Notes: generated by a model not told the origin, from the letters alone. Positions 10,716 through 23,479 are shown, numbered from the stretch's first letter. The stretch: DNA of 64,000 bases from an uncultured Methyloceanibacter sp. (GCA_964390455.1 CAYMJW010000001.1:2255-66254); one strand, 5' to 3'. Numbers and translations: made by a program.

Positions 10716-11522
10716 TCATAGGCCAAGCACGTCCGTCATCGCATAGAGCCCGGGACCGCGCCCGCGCGCCCAGAGCGCCGCCTTGACCGCGCCGCGGGCG
10801 AAAATGCCGCGGTCCGTGGCGATATGGGCAAGCTCGATCCGCTCGCCGGGCCCGGCGAAGATCACCCGATGTTCGCCGACGACATCGCCGCCGCGGAGCG
10901 CGGCAAAGCCGATATCGCCTTCGCGCCGGGGTCCGACATCGCCGTCGCGGGTTCGCACGCCGCGCTCGGCGAGCGCCACGCCTCTCGCCTCGGCCACGGC
11001 ATTGCCAAGCAGGAGCGAGGTCCCCGACGGCGCGTCGCGCTTGTGGCGGTGGTGCATCTCCAGAATCTCGATATCGAACTCGGGCCCGAGCGCCGAGGCC
11101 ACGCGCGCGGCAAGGACGGCAAGGAGGTTCACGCCTTGGCTCATATTGCCCGCCTTGACGATGGTGGCGTGGCGCGAAGCGGCCTCGATCTTGGCGTCGT
11201 CGGAAGCCGAGAGGCCGGTCGTGCCGATGACATGAACGATGCGGGCTTGCGCCGACAATCCGGCGAAGGCGACCGTCGAAGCGGGCGTGGTGAAATCGAG
11301 CACCCCGTCGACATGGGCGAAGACGGGCAGCGGATCGTCGGTGATGGCGATGCCGAGGGGCTCGAGGCCGGCCGCTTCGCCGAGGTCGCGGCCGACCGCG
11401 GGTGAGCCCTTGGCCTCGATGCCCCCGGCCACGACGCAGCCGGGCGTCTCGACGAGCATCCGCGTCAGCGCCTGACCCATCCGCCCGGCAGCTCCCAGAA
11501 CAGCGATTTTCATGTCGCTCAT
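10716..11522 (-). CDS. dapB: 4-hydroxy-tetrahydrodipicolinate reductase
   Basis: [30 protein letters not shown]. Confidence 0.97.
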   Translation of the reverse strand: MSDMKIAVLGAAGRMGQALTRMLVETPGCVVAGGIEAKGSPAVGRDLGEAAGLEPLGIAITDDPLPVFAHVDGVLDFTTPASTVAFAGLSAQARIVHVIGTTGLSASDDAKIEAASRHATIVKAGNMSQGVNLLAVLAARVASALGPEFDIEILEMHHRHKRDAPSGTSLLLGNAVAEARGVALAERGVRTRDGDVGPRREGDIGFAALRGGDVVGEHRVIFAGPGERIELAHIATDRGIFARGAVKAALWARGRGPGLYAMTDVLGL

Positions 11523-11714
11523 CGCGGTCGACCATCAAGCCCAGCGCGGCCTATGCGGCCTAACGGGCAGGCTGCCCTCAGATTTCCCTCGTGCCGATCT
11601 TCTATGACGGCAGAGACCCCGCTCACAAGCCCCCGCTCGGATTACGCCTTACGCGTCGTTGCTACAGAGGCGAGGGGAAGCGGCCGGTGGGCGACCTGCG
11701 GCGGGCGGGAAGCC

Positions 11715-12218
11715 TTAAGGAAAGGCGAAGGCCACTTTGCGCAGCGAAACGTCGCCGAAGCTCTCGGCGCCCTCCGCCACCGGCTTGCCGCCGAGGCTGA
11801 GGTAAAAGCCGCAGGCCGCGTCGTTGTCGGCGAGCGCCCAGACGAGCAGCCCCTTCAGCCTGAGCTCGGCGAGCCGGCCGCGGGCGCCATCGAACAGCTT
11901 CTCCCCCAGACCCAAGCCTTGATAGATCGGGTGGAGGTAAAGCTCGAAAATCTCGCCCTGAAACTGCGTGCGGAGCCTTGAGCGGCCATAGGTCACATAA
12001 CCCGCCGCCTCGCCGCCAAAGTCGAGCACGAGGAGCGACGTGCGCTTGCGAAGTGAGGACTCCCACCAGCGCAGTCCGCGCCGGGCGATCATCCGCTCGA
12101 GCGACAGATGCGGGATGATGCCCTGATAGGCGTTGCGCCAGGCCTCTTCATAGGCGGCGGCGAGCGCCGGAGCGTCCTTCAGCCGCGGCGGCCTGATTTG
12201 CACGACATCGACGGTCAT
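11715..12218 (-). CDS. GNAT-family N-acetyltransferase
   Basis: ELYLHPIYQGLGLG, NDAACGFY; start ATG 12218. Confidence 0.85.
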   Translation of the reverse strand: MTVDVVQIRPPRLKDAPALAAAYEEAWRNAYQGIIPHLSLERMIARRGLRWWESSLRKRTSLLVLDFGGEAAGYVTYGRSRLRTQFQGEIFELYLHPIYQGLGLGEKLFDGARGRLAELRLKGLLVWALADNDAACGFYLSLGGKPVAEGAESFGDVSLRKVAFAFP

Positions 12219-12301
12219 GCGCCAGCCTAGCGCGGAGGGTTGCGCTCGGCAAAGGGGTCCTTTTGCAATTATCCCGAGCGCTATCTGTTGACCTGTGACG
12301 A

Positions 12302-14131
12302 TCAGGCAACATCCTCGGCAAGACGCTGGCGCTCGGCCTTCTTGCGGTCGTTCGGATCGAGGTGGCGCTTGCGGAGACGGATCGATTTCGGCGTGACCTC
12401 CACCAGCTCGTCGTCTTCGATATAGGCAAGCGCGCGTTCGAGCGTCATGCGAAGCGGCGGCGTGAGGCGCACCGCCTCGTCCTTCGAGGTGGTGCGAATA
12501 TTGGTAAGCTTCTTGCCCTTGAGCACGTTGACTTCGAGATCGTTGTCGCGCGCATGCTCGCCGACAAGCATGCCGCCATAGACCTTGGTTCCAGGGTCGA
12601 TCATCATGGCGCCGCGATCTTCGAGGTTCCACAGGGCATAGGCCACGGCGTCGCCGCTGTCGGTCGAGATCAGAACGCCGTTGCGCCGCCCCTGGATCGG
12701 CCCCTTGTGCGGCGCATAATTGTGAAACAGCCGGTTCATGATGCCGGTCCCGCGCGTGTCGGTGAGGAGCTCGCCCTGGTAGCCGATCAATCCGCGCGTC
12801 GGGGCGAAGAAACGCAAGCGCAGGCGGCCGCCTCCGGACGGCTTCATCTCGACAAGCTCGCCTTTACGTTCCGAAAGCTTGCGGACAACGATTCCGGAAT
12901 GCTCCTCATCGAGGTCGATCACGACCTCCTCGATGGGTTCGAGCAGCGCGCCGTCGGGGGCGCGCCTGAACAACACCCTTGGACGCGAGACCGAAAGCTC
13001 GAAACCCTCGCGGCGCATGGTCTCGATGAGAATGCCAAGCTGAAGTTCGCCACGGCCGGCCACTTCCATGGAGTCGCGCTCTTCCGATTCGGTAACGCGC
13101 AGGGCGACATTACCTTCCGCCTCGCGCAACAGCCGGTCGCGAATCATGCGGCCCGTGACCTTGGTCCCTTCGGTGCCGGCAAGCGGCGAATCGTTGACCC
13201 GGAACGTCATGGACAGCGTGGGCGGGTCGATCGGCTGGGCCGGAAGGGGCGCCGTCACCTCGGGGGCGCAGATGGTATGGGCGACGTTGGCAAGGGGGAG
13301 GCCGGCGAGCGAAACGATGTCGCCGGCGCTTGCCTCGTCGAGACCGACGCGCTCCAGCCCGCGGAAGGCGAGTACCTTCGTCACCCGGCCCTGCTCGACA
13401 AGAGTGCCGCTATGGTCGAGCACCTTGACCTGCTGGTTCGGCGCGACGGAGCCGGAGCTGATGCGGCCGGTGACGATGCGGCCGAGATAGGGGTTCGCCT
13501 CGAGAATGGTGCCGAGCAGGCGGAACGGGCCTTCCTCGATCTTGGGCGGGGCGACGTGCTTGAGCACGAGATCGAACAGAAGCTCCATGCCGAGCGTCTT
13601 TGGTCCCTCGGGGGAGGCCGCCATCCAACCCTCCTTGGCGGAGCCGTAAAGGATGGGGAAATCGAGCTGGTCGTCGCTCGCGTCGAGCGCGGCGAAGAGA
13701 TCGAACACCTCGTTCACCACGTCTTGAGGGCGCGCGTCCGGGCGGTCCACCTTGTTGATGACGACGATGGGCTTCAGACCCATCTTGAGCGCCTTCGACA
13801 CCACGAACTTGGTCTGCGGCAGAGGGCCCTCGGCGGCATCGACCAGAACGAGCGCGCCGTCAACCATGTTGAGAATGCGCTCGACCTCGCCGCCGAAATC
13901 GGCGTGGCCGGGCGTGTCGACGATATTGATTCGGGTGCCTTCCCACAGGATCGAGGTGACCTTGGCGAGAATGGTGATGCCGCGCTCGCGCTCGAGATCG
14001 TTGGAGTCGAGCGCGCGCTCGGCCACCCGCTGGTTGTCGCGGAAGGAACCGGATTGCTGCAACAGCCGGTCGACCAGGGTCGTCTTCCCATGATCGACAT
14101 GGGCGATGATGGCGATATTGCGGAGGTTCAT
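12302..14131 (-). CDS. typA: Translational GTPase TypA/BipA
   Basis: [27 protein letters not shown]-terminal [11 protein letters not shown]. Confidence 0.98.
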   Translation of the reverse strand: MNLRNIAIIAHVDHGKTTLVDRLLQQSGSFRDNQRVAERALDSNDLERERGITILAKVTSILWEGTRINIVDTPGHADFGGEVERILNMVDGALVLVDAAEGPLPQTKFVVSKALKMGLKPIVVINKVDRPDARPQDVVNEVFDLFAALDASDDQLDFPILYGSAKEGWMAASPEGPKTLGMELLFDLVLKHVAPPKIEEGPFRLLGTILEANPYLGRIVTGRISSGSVAPNQQVKVLDHSGTLVEQGRVTKVLAFRGLERVGLDEASAGDIVSLAGLPLANVAHTICAPEVTAPLPAQPIDPPTLSMTFRVNDSPLAGTEGTKVTGRMIRDRLLREAEGNVALRVTESEERDSMEVAGRGELQLGILIETMRREGFELSVSRPRVLFRRAPDGALLEPIEEVVIDLDEEHSGIVVRKLSERKGELVEMKPSGGGRLRLRFFAPTRGLIGYQGELLTDTRGTGIMNRLFHNYAPHKGPIQGRRNGVLISTDSGDAVAYALWNLEDRGAMMIDPGTKVYGGMLVGEHARDNDLEVNVLKGKKLTNIRTTSKDEAVRLTPPLRMTLERALAYIEDDELVEVTPKSIRLRKRHLDPNDRKKAERQRLAEDVA

Positions 14132-14326
14132 TTGACCCAGAAAGCAAAGAACGCGGGCCGTTGGGGTCCGCGTTTCCTATCGCGGGATATATAGTTCCGC
14201 GGCCAGCCGCGCAACGGGGGAAGCCGCATATCGTCGCGTCGCCGCAGGTCGGAGCAGGGCAGGCTCGATTGATCGCGGCACGAGACTTGGCTAGAGTCGC
14301 GGCTCTTCCAGCGGTTGACCCGACCC

Positions 14327-14488
14327 ATGCCCCTGAACTTCGGCAAATTTGGCGCCGTCATTGCGCTCCTGACTGTCGCGGCCTTCGTGCTGTGGCTGCT
14401 CTTTACCACGTTCTTCGCCACCGAAGAGGCCGACCAGGAGATCGAGCGGACGGGCGCCGTGGCGCCCGGCGTGAGCCTCATCGGCTGA
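14327..14488 (+). CDS. Small single-pass membrane protein (53 aa)
   Basis: Not in the ORF track; MPLNFGKFGAVIALLTVAAFVLWLLFTTFFATEEADQEIERTGAVAPGVSLIG*, GC-rich third codon positions, fills an intergenic gap. Confidence 0.65.
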   Translation: MPLNFGKFGAVIALLTVAAFVLWLLFTTFFATEEADQEIERTGAVAPGVSLIG

Positions 14489-14518
14489 GCCGCGCGCCCG
14501 GCAAGTCCCGCAATCGCC

Positions 14519-15559
14519 ATGGATGACCGCGAGCTTGGCCGCACGGGCGTGAAGGTTTCGAGGCTCTCGCTCGGCACCATGACCTTCGGCGAGCAGAACA
14601 GCGAGGCCGAGGGCCACGCCCAGATGGATTGCGCGCTGGACCACGGCATCGACCTGTTCGATGCCGCCGAGATCTATCCCGTCCCGCCCAAGCCCGAGAC
14701 GCAGGGCCGGACGGAGGAAATCATCGGCACCTGGCTTGCCGCGCGCAAAGTCCGCGGCAAGGTCATGATCGCGACCAAGATCGCGGGCCGCGGCAAGATG
14801 ATTTGGGTGCGTAAGAACGAGACCAAGACGCGGCAAAACCCGGCGCAAATCATGGAGGCGGTCGAGGCGAGCCTCAAACGCCTCAAGACCGATTACATCG
14901 ACCTCTACCAGCTCCACTGGCCCGACCGGCCGATGCGCGTCTTCGAGGGTCTCGACTACCTGCATCGCGAAGGCGACAGCCATCCCGTCCACGACATTCT
15001 CGGCGCACTCGGAAAGCTCGTGGTGAGCGGCAAGGTTCGTTTCGTCGGCCTCTCGAACGAGACGCCTTGGGGCGTCATGAGTTTTCTGAAGGCGGCGGAG
15101 CAGCACGGGCTGCCCCGGCCGGTCTCGATCCAGAACGCTTACAACCTCGTCAACCGTTCCTTCGAGATGGGCCTCTCGGAAATCGCCTACCGCGAGCAGG
15201 TCGGGCTCCTTGCCTATTCGCCGCTCGGCCAGGGCTATCTCAGCGGCAAATACGAAGGCGGGGCGCTGCCGCGAGGTTCGCGCAAGGCGCTGTTCGCGCG
15301 GCTCGGCCGCTACGAGAAGGGGAATGGTCCGAAGGCGATCTCCGCCTATATAGAGGTTGCGCGGCGGCACGGGCTCGACCCGGCGCAGATGGCGATCGCG
15401 TTTGCGGTGTCGCGGCCATTCGTCACCAGCACCATCATCGGTGCAACCACCATGGAGCAGCTTAGGACCGATATCGCCGCCGCCGACCTCAAACTGTCAG
15501 ACGCCGTGCTTGCGGATATCGAGCAAGTCCATCTTGACTATCCCAACCCCTGTCCCTGA
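14519..15559 (+). CDS. Tas-like aldo/keto reductase
   Basis: LGTMTFGEQN, DAAEIYPVPP, DYIDLYQLHWP, GLSNET. Confidence 0.92.
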   Translation: MDDRELGRTGVKVSRLSLGTMTFGEQNSEAEGHAQMDCALDHGIDLFDAAEIYPVPPKPETQGRTEEIIGTWLAARKVRGKVMIATKIAGRGKMIWVRKNETKTRQNPAQIMEAVEASLKRLKTDYIDLYQLHWPDRPMRVFEGLDYLHREGDSHPVHDILGALGKLVVSGKVRFVGLSNETPWGVMSFLKAAEQHGLPRPVSIQNAYNLVNRSFEMGLSEIAYREQVGLLAYSPLGQGYLSGKYEGGALPRGSRKALFARLGRYEKGNGPKAISAYIEVARRHGLDPAQMAIAFAVSRPFVTSTIIGATTMEQLRTDIAAADLKLSDAVLADIEQVHLDYPNPCP

Positions 15560-15585
15560 CGCTTGTGTTTCCGCGTAAGGGAGCG

Positions 15586-16128
15586 ATGCCGATGCCACGA
15601 CTCTTTTCCGCCATCGAAATTCCCAAGAGCATCGCCGACCGCCTGACCATGCTTCGCGCCGGGCTGAGCGGCGCGCGCTGGATCGACCCGGAGAATTATC
15701 ATCTAACGTTGCGCTTCATCGGCGACGTTGATGGGCACACGGCGCGCGACTTCACCGCCGCGCTCGGCGAGATCATGGCGCCGCCGTTCGAGCTTGAGCT
15801 GAACGGTCTCGGCAGCTTCGGCGGCGGGCGCCCGCGCGCGATCTTCGCCGCCATCGCGCCGTCCGACGGGCTCGAAGCCTTGCGCCGCGCCAATGAACGT
15901 GCGGCGCGCGAAGCCGGCCTGCCGCCCGAGGGGCGCAACTACAAGCCGCATGTCACGCTGGCGCGGCTCCGGGGCGCGCGTGCCGACGCGGTTGCCGCTT
16001 ATCTGGAGCGCCAGGGCGGGATCGGGCCGGAGCCCTTCACCGTCGATCGCTTCGTGCTCTACTCGTCGCGCAATTCGGTGGGCGGTGGACCCTACGTGGT
16101 CGAAGCCGCGTATCCGCTCGAGAGCTAG
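15586..16128 (+). CDS. thpR: RNA 2',3'-cyclic phosphodiesterase
   Basis: Two HxT motifs (HLTLRFIG, PHVTLAR); RBS aaggga upstream. Confidence 0.93.
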   Translation: MPMPRLFSAIEIPKSIADRLTMLRAGLSGARWIDPENYHLTLRFIGDVDGHTARDFTAALGEIMAPPFELELNGLGSFGGGRPRAIFAAIAPSDGLEALRRANERAAREAGLPPEGRNYKPHVTLARLRGARADAVAAYLERQGGIGPEPFTVDRFVLYSSRNSVGGGPYVVEAAYPLES

Positions 16129-16625
16129 GCGCCCTTCTTCACCGGTGCTGCGGCCTCGGTGAGAAGGGTCGCGAGAAGGCCGCCTGCCGCCTGCTCGATC
16201 AGATCGAGCGCGTGGTCGAAGCTTTCGGGGCCGCCGAAGAAGGGATCGGGCACGTTCTTGGTCCGCGCCTCGGGGGCAAAGTCGAGAAAGCGCCGGACCT
16301 TGTGCCGCGCATCGCTTGGCGCGAGCTGAACGAGCTCCTGGAAATTCTCTCCATCCATGGCGACGATGAGATCGAAGCGGGCGAAATCGCCGTGCTTCAC
16401 CTGCCGCGCGCTTTGACCCGAAATGTCTATGCCGCGCTTGAGCGAGGCACTTTGCGCGCGCGCGTCGGGCGCCTGGCCGATATGCCAATGACCGAGCCCG
16501 GCAGAGTCGATCTCGAAGAGATGGAGCGCCCCCCTATCTTCGGCGGCGCGGCGGAAGACGCCTTCGGCCATCGGCGAGCGGCAGATATTGCCGAGGCAGA
16601 CGAAGAGAATCCGGTGCTTTGCCAT
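16125..16625 (-). CDS. Low-molecular-weight protein-tyrosine phosphatase
   Basis: VCLGNICRSP, DSAG, VPDPFFG. Confidence 0.93.
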   Translation of the reverse strand: MAKHRILFVCLGNICRSPMAEGVFRRAAEDRGALHLFEIDSAGLGHWHIGQAPDARAQSASLKRGIDISGQSARQVKHGDFARFDLIVAMDGENFQELVQLAPSDARHKVRRFLDFAPEARTKNVPDPFFGGPESFDHALDLIEQAAGGLLATLLTEAAAPVKKGA

Positions 16626-16768
16626 GACGGGTCAAATGGCATGTGGCCGGGTGCCGTACAAGCCGGGCGCCGGGGCGAAGGCTTGTGCGGCGCGTGCTTG
16701 CAGGACGCGCCCCCCTAACCTATTTTTGCCTTAGGATTCGGCTTATCTCTTCTTGCGAGGTGAGAACG

Positions 16769-17170
16769 ATGGTTGCCTGGAACGACGCAAGCGAGCTCAA
16801 GCAAGCAGCCTTTGGCCGGCAGATTTCGCTCGCCGCTTTTGCCGAGAAGGAACGGAAGGTCCGCCGCGACTTCTGGGCCAAGCTCAAGCGTGTTGCCGGA
16901 ATGGTGCCGTTCGCGGAGGACCTCGTCGCCGCCTATTATTGCGCGCTCGATCCGGCGACGCCGATGCGCGTGCGCGGCATGCTGCTCGCGGCGATCGCCT
17001 ATTTCATCCTGCCGTTCGACATTGTCCCCGACATGATCGCCGGGCTCGGCTTCGCCGATGACGCCGCCCTTCTCACCGCGGTCATCGGCATGGTTGCCGC
17101 GAACATCACGCCGGTCCACAGGGCCGCTGCGGCGCGGGCGCTCGACAAGGAGCTTCCCCGCTCGACCTAG
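16769..17170 (+). CDS. YkvA/DUF1232-family protein
   Basis: AYFILPFDIVPD...GLGFADD. Confidence 0.85.
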   Translation: MVAWNDASELKQAAFGRQISLAAFAEKERKVRRDFWAKLKRVAGMVPFAEDLVAAYYCALDPATPMRVRGMLLAAIAYFILPFDIVPDMIAGLGFADDAALLTAVIGMVAANITPVHRAAAARALDKELPRST

Positions 17171-18147
17171 GCCTGCGGGTTGACGATCACCTTGCCCGTG
17201 ACTTTGCGGTCCTCGATCAGAGCGAGCGCCGCGGCGGTCTCGCCAAGCGGAAAGCGCGCATGGATGTGCGGCGCGATCAGCCCCCGTTTGCACCAATCGA
17301 GCAGCTCGACCATGTTGGCGCGATGCCGCTCGGGCTCGCGCTCGACAAAGCCGGGCCAATACACGCCGACGATGGCGCAGCCCTTGATGAACACGAGATT
17401 GAGCGGGAGACGCGGGATCGCGCCCGAGGCGAAGCCGACCACGAGATAGCGCCCGTCCCAAGCCATGGCGCGCAAGGCCGCTTCGGCATAGTCGCCGCCG
17501 ACCGGATCGTAGAGCACATCGACGCCCTTCGACTTGGTCAGAGCCTTGAGCCGCAGCCTCAAGTCCTCGGCCGCGTAGTCGATCCCTTCATCGGCGCCGT
17601 GCTTGCGCGCGAGAGCAAGCTTGTCTTGCGACGAGGCCACGGCGATGATGCGCGCGCCCATCAGCTTGGCGATCTCGACGGCGGCGAGCCCGGCCCCTCC
17701 GGCCGCGCCGAGGACTGCCACCGTCTCGCCCGGCTGAAGGCGGCCGCGATCCTTCAGACCGTGCAGAGCGGTGCCGTAGGTGACGGGGAGCGCGGCCGCT
17801 TCCTCGTCGCTCACCCCGTCGGGAATGGGAACCGCGCTGCTCGCCCTGGTGACCAACATCTCGCGGCAGCCGTTGCCGCCGGTCACGGCCACAACCCTCT
17901 GCCCCACTTTGAACGCCGTTACGCCGGCGCCAACGCCCGCGACGACGCCTGCGATTTCGGACCCCGGTGAAAACGGGAGAGACGGCGTAACCTGGTATTT
18001 GTTGCGCAGGATGAGCGTGTCGGAGAAGTTGAGGCCGGTCGCGGTCACCTTGATGAGCACTTCGCCCGGTCCCGGCGCGGGCTCCGCGGCCTCTTCGAGA
18101 CGCAGCGCGTCTAAGCCCCCAAACTCGGAAATCTGCGCAACGCGCAT
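17167..18147 (-). CDS. NADPH:quinone oxidoreductase (MDR family)
   Basis: PFSPGSE, GAAGGAG, DPVGG, TGKVIV. Confidence 0.9.
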   Translation of the reverse strand: MRVAQISEFGGLDALRLEEAAEPAPGPGEVLIKVTATGLNFSDTLILRNKYQVTPSLPFSPGSEIAGVVAGVGAGVTAFKVGQRVVAVTGGNGCREMLVTRASSAVPIPDGVSDEEAAALPVTYGTALHGLKDRGRLQPGETVAVLGAAGGAGLAAVEIAKLMGARIIAVASSQDKLALARKHGADEGIDYAAEDLRLRLKALTKSKGVDVLYDPVGGDYAEAALRAMAWDGRYLVVGFASGAIPRLPLNLVFIKGCAIVGVYWPGFVEREPERHRANMVELLDWCKRGLIAPHIHARFPLGETAAALALIEDRKVTGKVIVNPQA

Positions 18148-18272
18148 CCCCGCCGCCTCCGTTCGTTTCGTGGCTGAAACAGATACAGCAAGCGATGCCC
18201 TGCTCATATGGGCCGTTCAGACCGGCCCCAGCCGCCCTTTCTTGCCCGGCAGCGTTGTGGCAGACAGGCTTG

Positions 18273-18833
18273 GTGAAAACCCCGCTTCCGGCTGCCCGCG
18301 GCTATTTCGCCATCGGCGTGGAGGGCATCTCCAAGGCCGTCAATCTCGGCAATCTCTTGCGCTCGGCGCACGCGTTTGGGGCGAGCTTCGTGTTCACCAT
18401 CGGCGCCGACGCGGGCGCGTTCGCGTCTCGGTCCGACACGTCGAAAGCCTCGGTCCATGTGCCCGTCTACCACTGGCGCAGCCTGGCAGAGCTCAAGCTC
18501 CCCAAGGGATGCAGCCTGGTCGGGGTCGAAATCCTGGACGAGGCCCACGATCTGCCAAGCTTCCCGCATCCCATGCGCGCGGCCTATGTGCTCGGGCCCG
18601 AACGGGGCGCGCTGACGCCCGAATTGGCCGCGCGCTGCCAGCATCTGGTCCGGATTCCGACGGCATTTTCGCTCAATGTCGCCACCGCCGGCGCCATCGT
18701 CATGTATGACCGTTTGCGGGCGCTCGGGCGTTTTGCCGCGCGGCCCGTGGCCGAACACGGCGAAGCGCTGCCTCCGGCGCCGCATGTCCAAGGCGCACCG
18801 CGCAGGCGAAAGCCGGTTGACCGGGCCGTGTAG
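18273..18833 (+). CDS. SpoU/TrmH-family RNA methyltransferase
   Basis: NLGNLLRSA, LGPERGAL, SLNVATAG. Confidence 0.88.
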   Translation: MKTPLPAARGYFAIGVEGISKAVNLGNLLRSAHAFGASFVFTIGADAGAFASRSDTSKASVHVPVYHWRSLAELKLPKGCSLVGVEILDEAHDLPSFPHPMRAAYVLGPERGALTPELAARCQHLVRIPTAFSLNVATAGAIVMYDRLRALGRFAARPVAEHGEALPPAPHVQGAPRRRKPVDRAV

Positions 18834-18891
18834 GTTAAGGAGAATCGAGCGTGTAGGGGTTGGACCCTGCTCGCGAATTGGGGGTGGAAAA

Positions 18892-19395
18892 ATGCACCGA
18901 GCCGTTCGGGTCGCTTGCTTTGCCGCGGCGCTCGCCGCAACGCCGGCGCTCGCGCAAGAGGTTGCGCTTCTCGAGAAGTTCAAGGACTGGTCGGCCTACG
19001 CCGCGACCGGCACCCCCAAGACGTGCTTCGCGGTCTCGAAGCCAACCGCGTCGAACCCGAAGAAGATCAAACGCGGGCCGATCCTGTTCTACATCTCGCA
19101 ATGGCCGGCCGACAAAGTGACGAACGAGGTCAGCGTGAAGATGGGCTATCCCTTCGCCGAGGGCGCGAAGACCACGGTGACGGTGGGCTCGGAGAAGTTC
19201 GAGATGTTCACCAAGGACGAGGGGGCCTTCGTCGAGAAGCCGGAGATAGAGACCAAGCTGATCGAGGCGATGAAGACCGGCAGCACGATGAAGATCGAAG
19301 GCAAGTCGGCCCGCGGCACCGCGACCACCGACACCTATTCGCTGAACGGCTTGTCTGACGCGCTGGACCGCGCGGCCAAGGAATGCAGCGGCTAG
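18892..19395 (+). CDS. Invasion-associated locus B-like exported protein
   Basis: Signal peptide, FKDW..C, SARGT.TTDTYSL.G motifs; upstream of rlmN. Confidence 0.8.
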   Translation: MHRAVRVACFAAALAATPALAQEVALLEKFKDWSAYAATGTPKTCFAVSKPTASNPKKIKRGPILFYISQWPADKVTNEVSVKMGYPFAEGAKTTVTVGSEKFEMFTKDEGAFVEKPEIETKLIEAMKTGSTMKIEGKSARGTATTDTYSLNGLSDALDRAAKECSG

Positions 19396-19476
19396 GGCGG
19401 GGGCGCCAAGTCTTGCCAGATCAAGCCCGGGACATGATATGACCGTGACGCCGGATCGTGCCGGCGCGCACAAATC

Positions 19477-20652
19477 ATGACCATGACGTCACTTTCTTCG
19501 CAAACAACCGAGTCCGCCGGCGGTCGTTCGCATCGCGAGCCGATCCTCGGGCTTGACCGCGATGCGCTTGCCGCGCGCCTCGGCGCGCTCGGCGTTCCGG
19601 AGCGGCAGAGGCGCATGCGGGTGAGCCAGCTCTGGAGCTGGGCCTATGTGCGTGGCGCGTCCGATTTCGCCGTCATGACGGACATCGCCAAGGAGCTTCG
19701 CGGCGAACTTGCCGCTTCATTCACGCTCGCGCGGCCCGAGATCGTGACCGAGCAAGTGTCGATCGACGGCACGCGCAAATGGCTGCTGCGGCTCGGTGAC
19801 GGCAAGGAGATCGAGACCGTCTATATTCCCGAGGAGGATCGCGGCACGCTCTGCATTTCGAGCCAGGTCGGCTGCACGCTCACCTGCTCCTTCTGTCATA
19901 CCGGCACGCAGCGTCTCGTGCGCAATCTGACCGCGGGCGAAATCGTCGCCCAGATCGCGCTTGCCCGCGACCGGCTCGGCGACTGGCCGGGTGCTGCGGC
20001 GCCCGACCCGCGCGGGCTGCCGGATGCCCAGCGCAAGATCACCAATGTCGTGCTCATGGGCATGGGCGAGCCGCTCTACAATTTCGACAATGTGCGCGAC
20101 GCCTGTCTCATCGCCGCCGACGGCGAGGGTCTCTCCATCTCCAAGCGCCGCATCACGCTCTCGACCTCGGGCGTGGTGCCGGAGATTCCGCGCTGGGGCG
20201 AGGAGGCGGGCACCATGCTCGCGATCTCGCTGCATGCGGTGCGCGATGCGCTCCGCGACACGCTCGTGCCGATCAACAAGAAATGGCCGCTCAAAGACCT
20301 GCTCGGGGCGTGCCGTTCTTATCCCGGCCTCTCAAACGCCAAGCGCATCACCTTCGAATATGTGATGCTGAAGGGCGTCAACGACTCGATCGCCGACGCC
20401 AAGGCGCTGGTGCGACTCCTCGCCAAGATCCCCGCGAAGATCAATTTGATTCCGTTCAATCCGTGGCCGGGCGCGCCTTACGAGTGCTCCGACTGGGAGC
20501 AAATCGAGAAATTCGCCGAGGTGGTGAACCGCGCGGGCTATGCGAGCCCGGTGCGGAGCCCGCGCGGCCGCGACATCATGGCGGCCTGCGGGCAGTTGAA
20601 GAGCGCGAGCGTCAAGCTGCGCGCGAGCGAGCGGCTTGCAACGCCGCTTTAG
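19477..20652 (+). CDS. rlmN: Dual-specificity rRNA/tRNA C2-methyltransferase
   Basis: [33 protein letters not shown]. Confidence 0.97.
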   Translation: MTMTSLSSQTTESAGGRSHREPILGLDRDALAARLGALGVPERQRRMRVSQLWSWAYVRGASDFAVMTDIAKELRGELAASFTLARPEIVTEQVSIDGTRKWLLRLGDGKEIETVYIPEEDRGTLCISSQVGCTLTCSFCHTGTQRLVRNLTAGEIVAQIALARDRLGDWPGAAAPDPRGLPDAQRKITNVVLMGMGEPLYNFDNVRDACLIAADGEGLSISKRRITLSTSGVVPEIPRWGEEAGTMLAISLHAVRDALRDTLVPINKKWPLKDLLGACRSYPGLSNAKRITFEYVMLKGVNDSIADAKALVRLLAKIPAKINLIPFNPWPGAPYECSDWEQIEKFAEVVNRAGYASPVRSPRGRDIMAACGQLKSASVKLRASERLATPL

Positions 20653-21245
20653 CCGCGCTTCGCCCAGGCAAGTGCCGTCTCGAGGCGGTCGTTGCCCCAG
20701 AACAATTCATCGCCGATGGTGAAGGACGGCGCGCCGAACAGGCCGCGGGAGGCAGCCGCCTCGGTCTGACGCTTCAGAGCGTCCTTGGTTTCCGGCGTGT
20801 CGGCCTTGGCAAAGGCGGCATCAGCATCGACGCCGAGCGCCAAGAGTATCGCGCGCAGCGTCGCGTCATCGCTGATGTCTCTCTGCTCGGCGAAATTGGC
20901 AACAAAGACCGCGCGGGTGAAGGCGGGCGTCCAGCCTTCGAGCTCGCCGATCAGCGCTAGCCGCGCGGCCTTGAGCCCATTCTGCGGGAAGCGAACCGGG
21001 GGGAGGGCGAGCGGCAGGCCGTCTGCCTGGCAAACGCGCTCGAGGTCGCGCCACATATAGCGTCCCTTGACCACGAAGATGTTGAAGGGCGAGTCGTTCA
21101 AGCCCTGCTGTTTCAGGATCGGCCCGAGCAGGAAGGGGCGCCAGCGCAGGGCAAGGCCGGCGTCGGCGGCGAGCGGCTCGATGCGCATGGCAGCAGGATA
21201 GGAATAGGTGCTGCCGAACTCGTACCAGAACTCGATTTCCGCCAT
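20649..21245 (-). CDS. HCCA isomerase / DsbA-like thioredoxin-fold protein
   Basis: [21 protein letters not shown]. Confidence 0.88.
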   Translation of the reverse strand: MAEIEFWYEFGSTYSYPAAMRIEPLAADAGLALRWRPFLLGPILKQQGLNDSPFNIFVVKGRYMWRDLERVCQADGLPLALPPVRFPQNGLKAARLALIGELEGWTPAFTRAVFVANFAEQRDISDDATLRAILLALGVDADAAFAKADTPETKDALKRQTEAAASRGLFGAPSFTIGDELFWGNDRLETALAWAKRG

Positions 21246-21321
21246 GGCCCACCCTACGATCGTGGTGCGGTGTTATAAAGCTTTCCGGCCCGGAGGCGAG
21301 CGTGACAAACAGGCGGCGCAA

Positions 21322-21759
21322 TTGATTTCCCGCATCATCTTCCGCGCCATCGTGGTCGCGCTGGCGTTCTTTCTTGCGGCGCTTGCGGCGCTTGCCGTGC
21401 TGTTTGGGCTGGGCGCGTTCTGGGCGGGCGACGAGCTTCGCGCCGCGGCGCCGAACGATCCGGTGCTTCGGGACGGTGCCCCGATCTTCGGCCTGATGCT
21501 GTTCGCGGGCACTGTCGGCCCCGCTCTGACCGCGCTCCCGGCACTGATCGCCGTGATCGCGGGTGAAGTCCTAAGGCTCCGCTCTTGGATGTACTACGTG
21601 GTGGCCGGAGGGCTTGCGCTCGCCGTCATTCCCATTCTCGCGGCGCCGGAGGGAGCCGAGCTTTCGGCCATTCTCGCGAGCCACGCCATGACCATCTTCG
21701 CCACGGCGGGCTTCGCCGGCGGGTTTGTCTATTGGCTGCTCGCGGGCGCCCGGGCCTAA
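21322..21759 (+). CDS. Hypothetical membrane protein
   Basis: Four hydrophobic segments ending [12 protein letters not shown]; TTG start inferred. Confidence 0.7.
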   Translation: MISRIIFRAIVVALAFFLAALAALAVLFGLGAFWAGDELRAAAPNDPVLRDGAPIFGLMLFAGTVGPALTALPALIAVIAGEVLRLRSWMYYVVAGGLALAVIPILAAPEGAELSAILASHAMTIFATAGFAGGFVYWLLAGARA

Positions 21760-22001
21760 GCCGCTTCTTCCTGGCTCAGATCGAGAACGGTCTCGTCTTG
21801 CGCGAGATCGAGCGCGGCGATCCGCGCCTGCAAGGCAAGCCGCGCGGCGGGCCAACTCTCCGGCAGGTGCCGCGTGACCGTCTCGCGCCAAGCCTCGCTG
21901 CCGTGAGGCTGCGAGAGCCGGGCCATGAGACCGCCGGCGGATTTACCGCTGCTCGGCTCGGGGTAGTCGATGGGGGATTCGTCGGGGTTGTGGGGGATCA
22001 T
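21756..22001 (-). CDS. Hypothetical protein (81 aa)
   Basis: ATG preceded by gagaggg RBS; fills the gap before argG. Confidence 0.5.
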   Translation of the reverse strand: MIPHNPDESPIDYPEPSSGKSAGGLMARLSQPHGSEAWRETVTRHLPESWPAARLALQARIAALDLAQDETVLDLSQEEAA

Positions 22002-22177
22002 TGGTTCTGCCCTCTCATTGCACCGCCCGCGCGACCCCTGCTTTCACCCGGGCGAGTGCACCACGCTTAACGCTTCATTGCCGACAACGCAGAGTCCTGC
22101 GCAAAAGTTCCGCGTTCCCGCCTTGCTCCCTCCCGCCTCTACCCTATAAATGCGCCTCCATTCGCTTCGAGACCCCC

Positions 22178-23404
<1,227 letters not shown>

Positions 23405-23479
23405 TACGACTGGAAAAGTACGAACTGGGCCTTATGTGCCAAATCGGCTATAGTGCGATTCCACCCCGGAGGCGTGGTC

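Noticed and set aside
12362-14194. 610-aa ORF antisense to typA, and similar long shadow ORFs (e.g. 55706-57550, 60443-62074, 50158-51684)
   Set aside because: Typical high-GC antisense shadows of well-supported genes, with no recognisable motifs.
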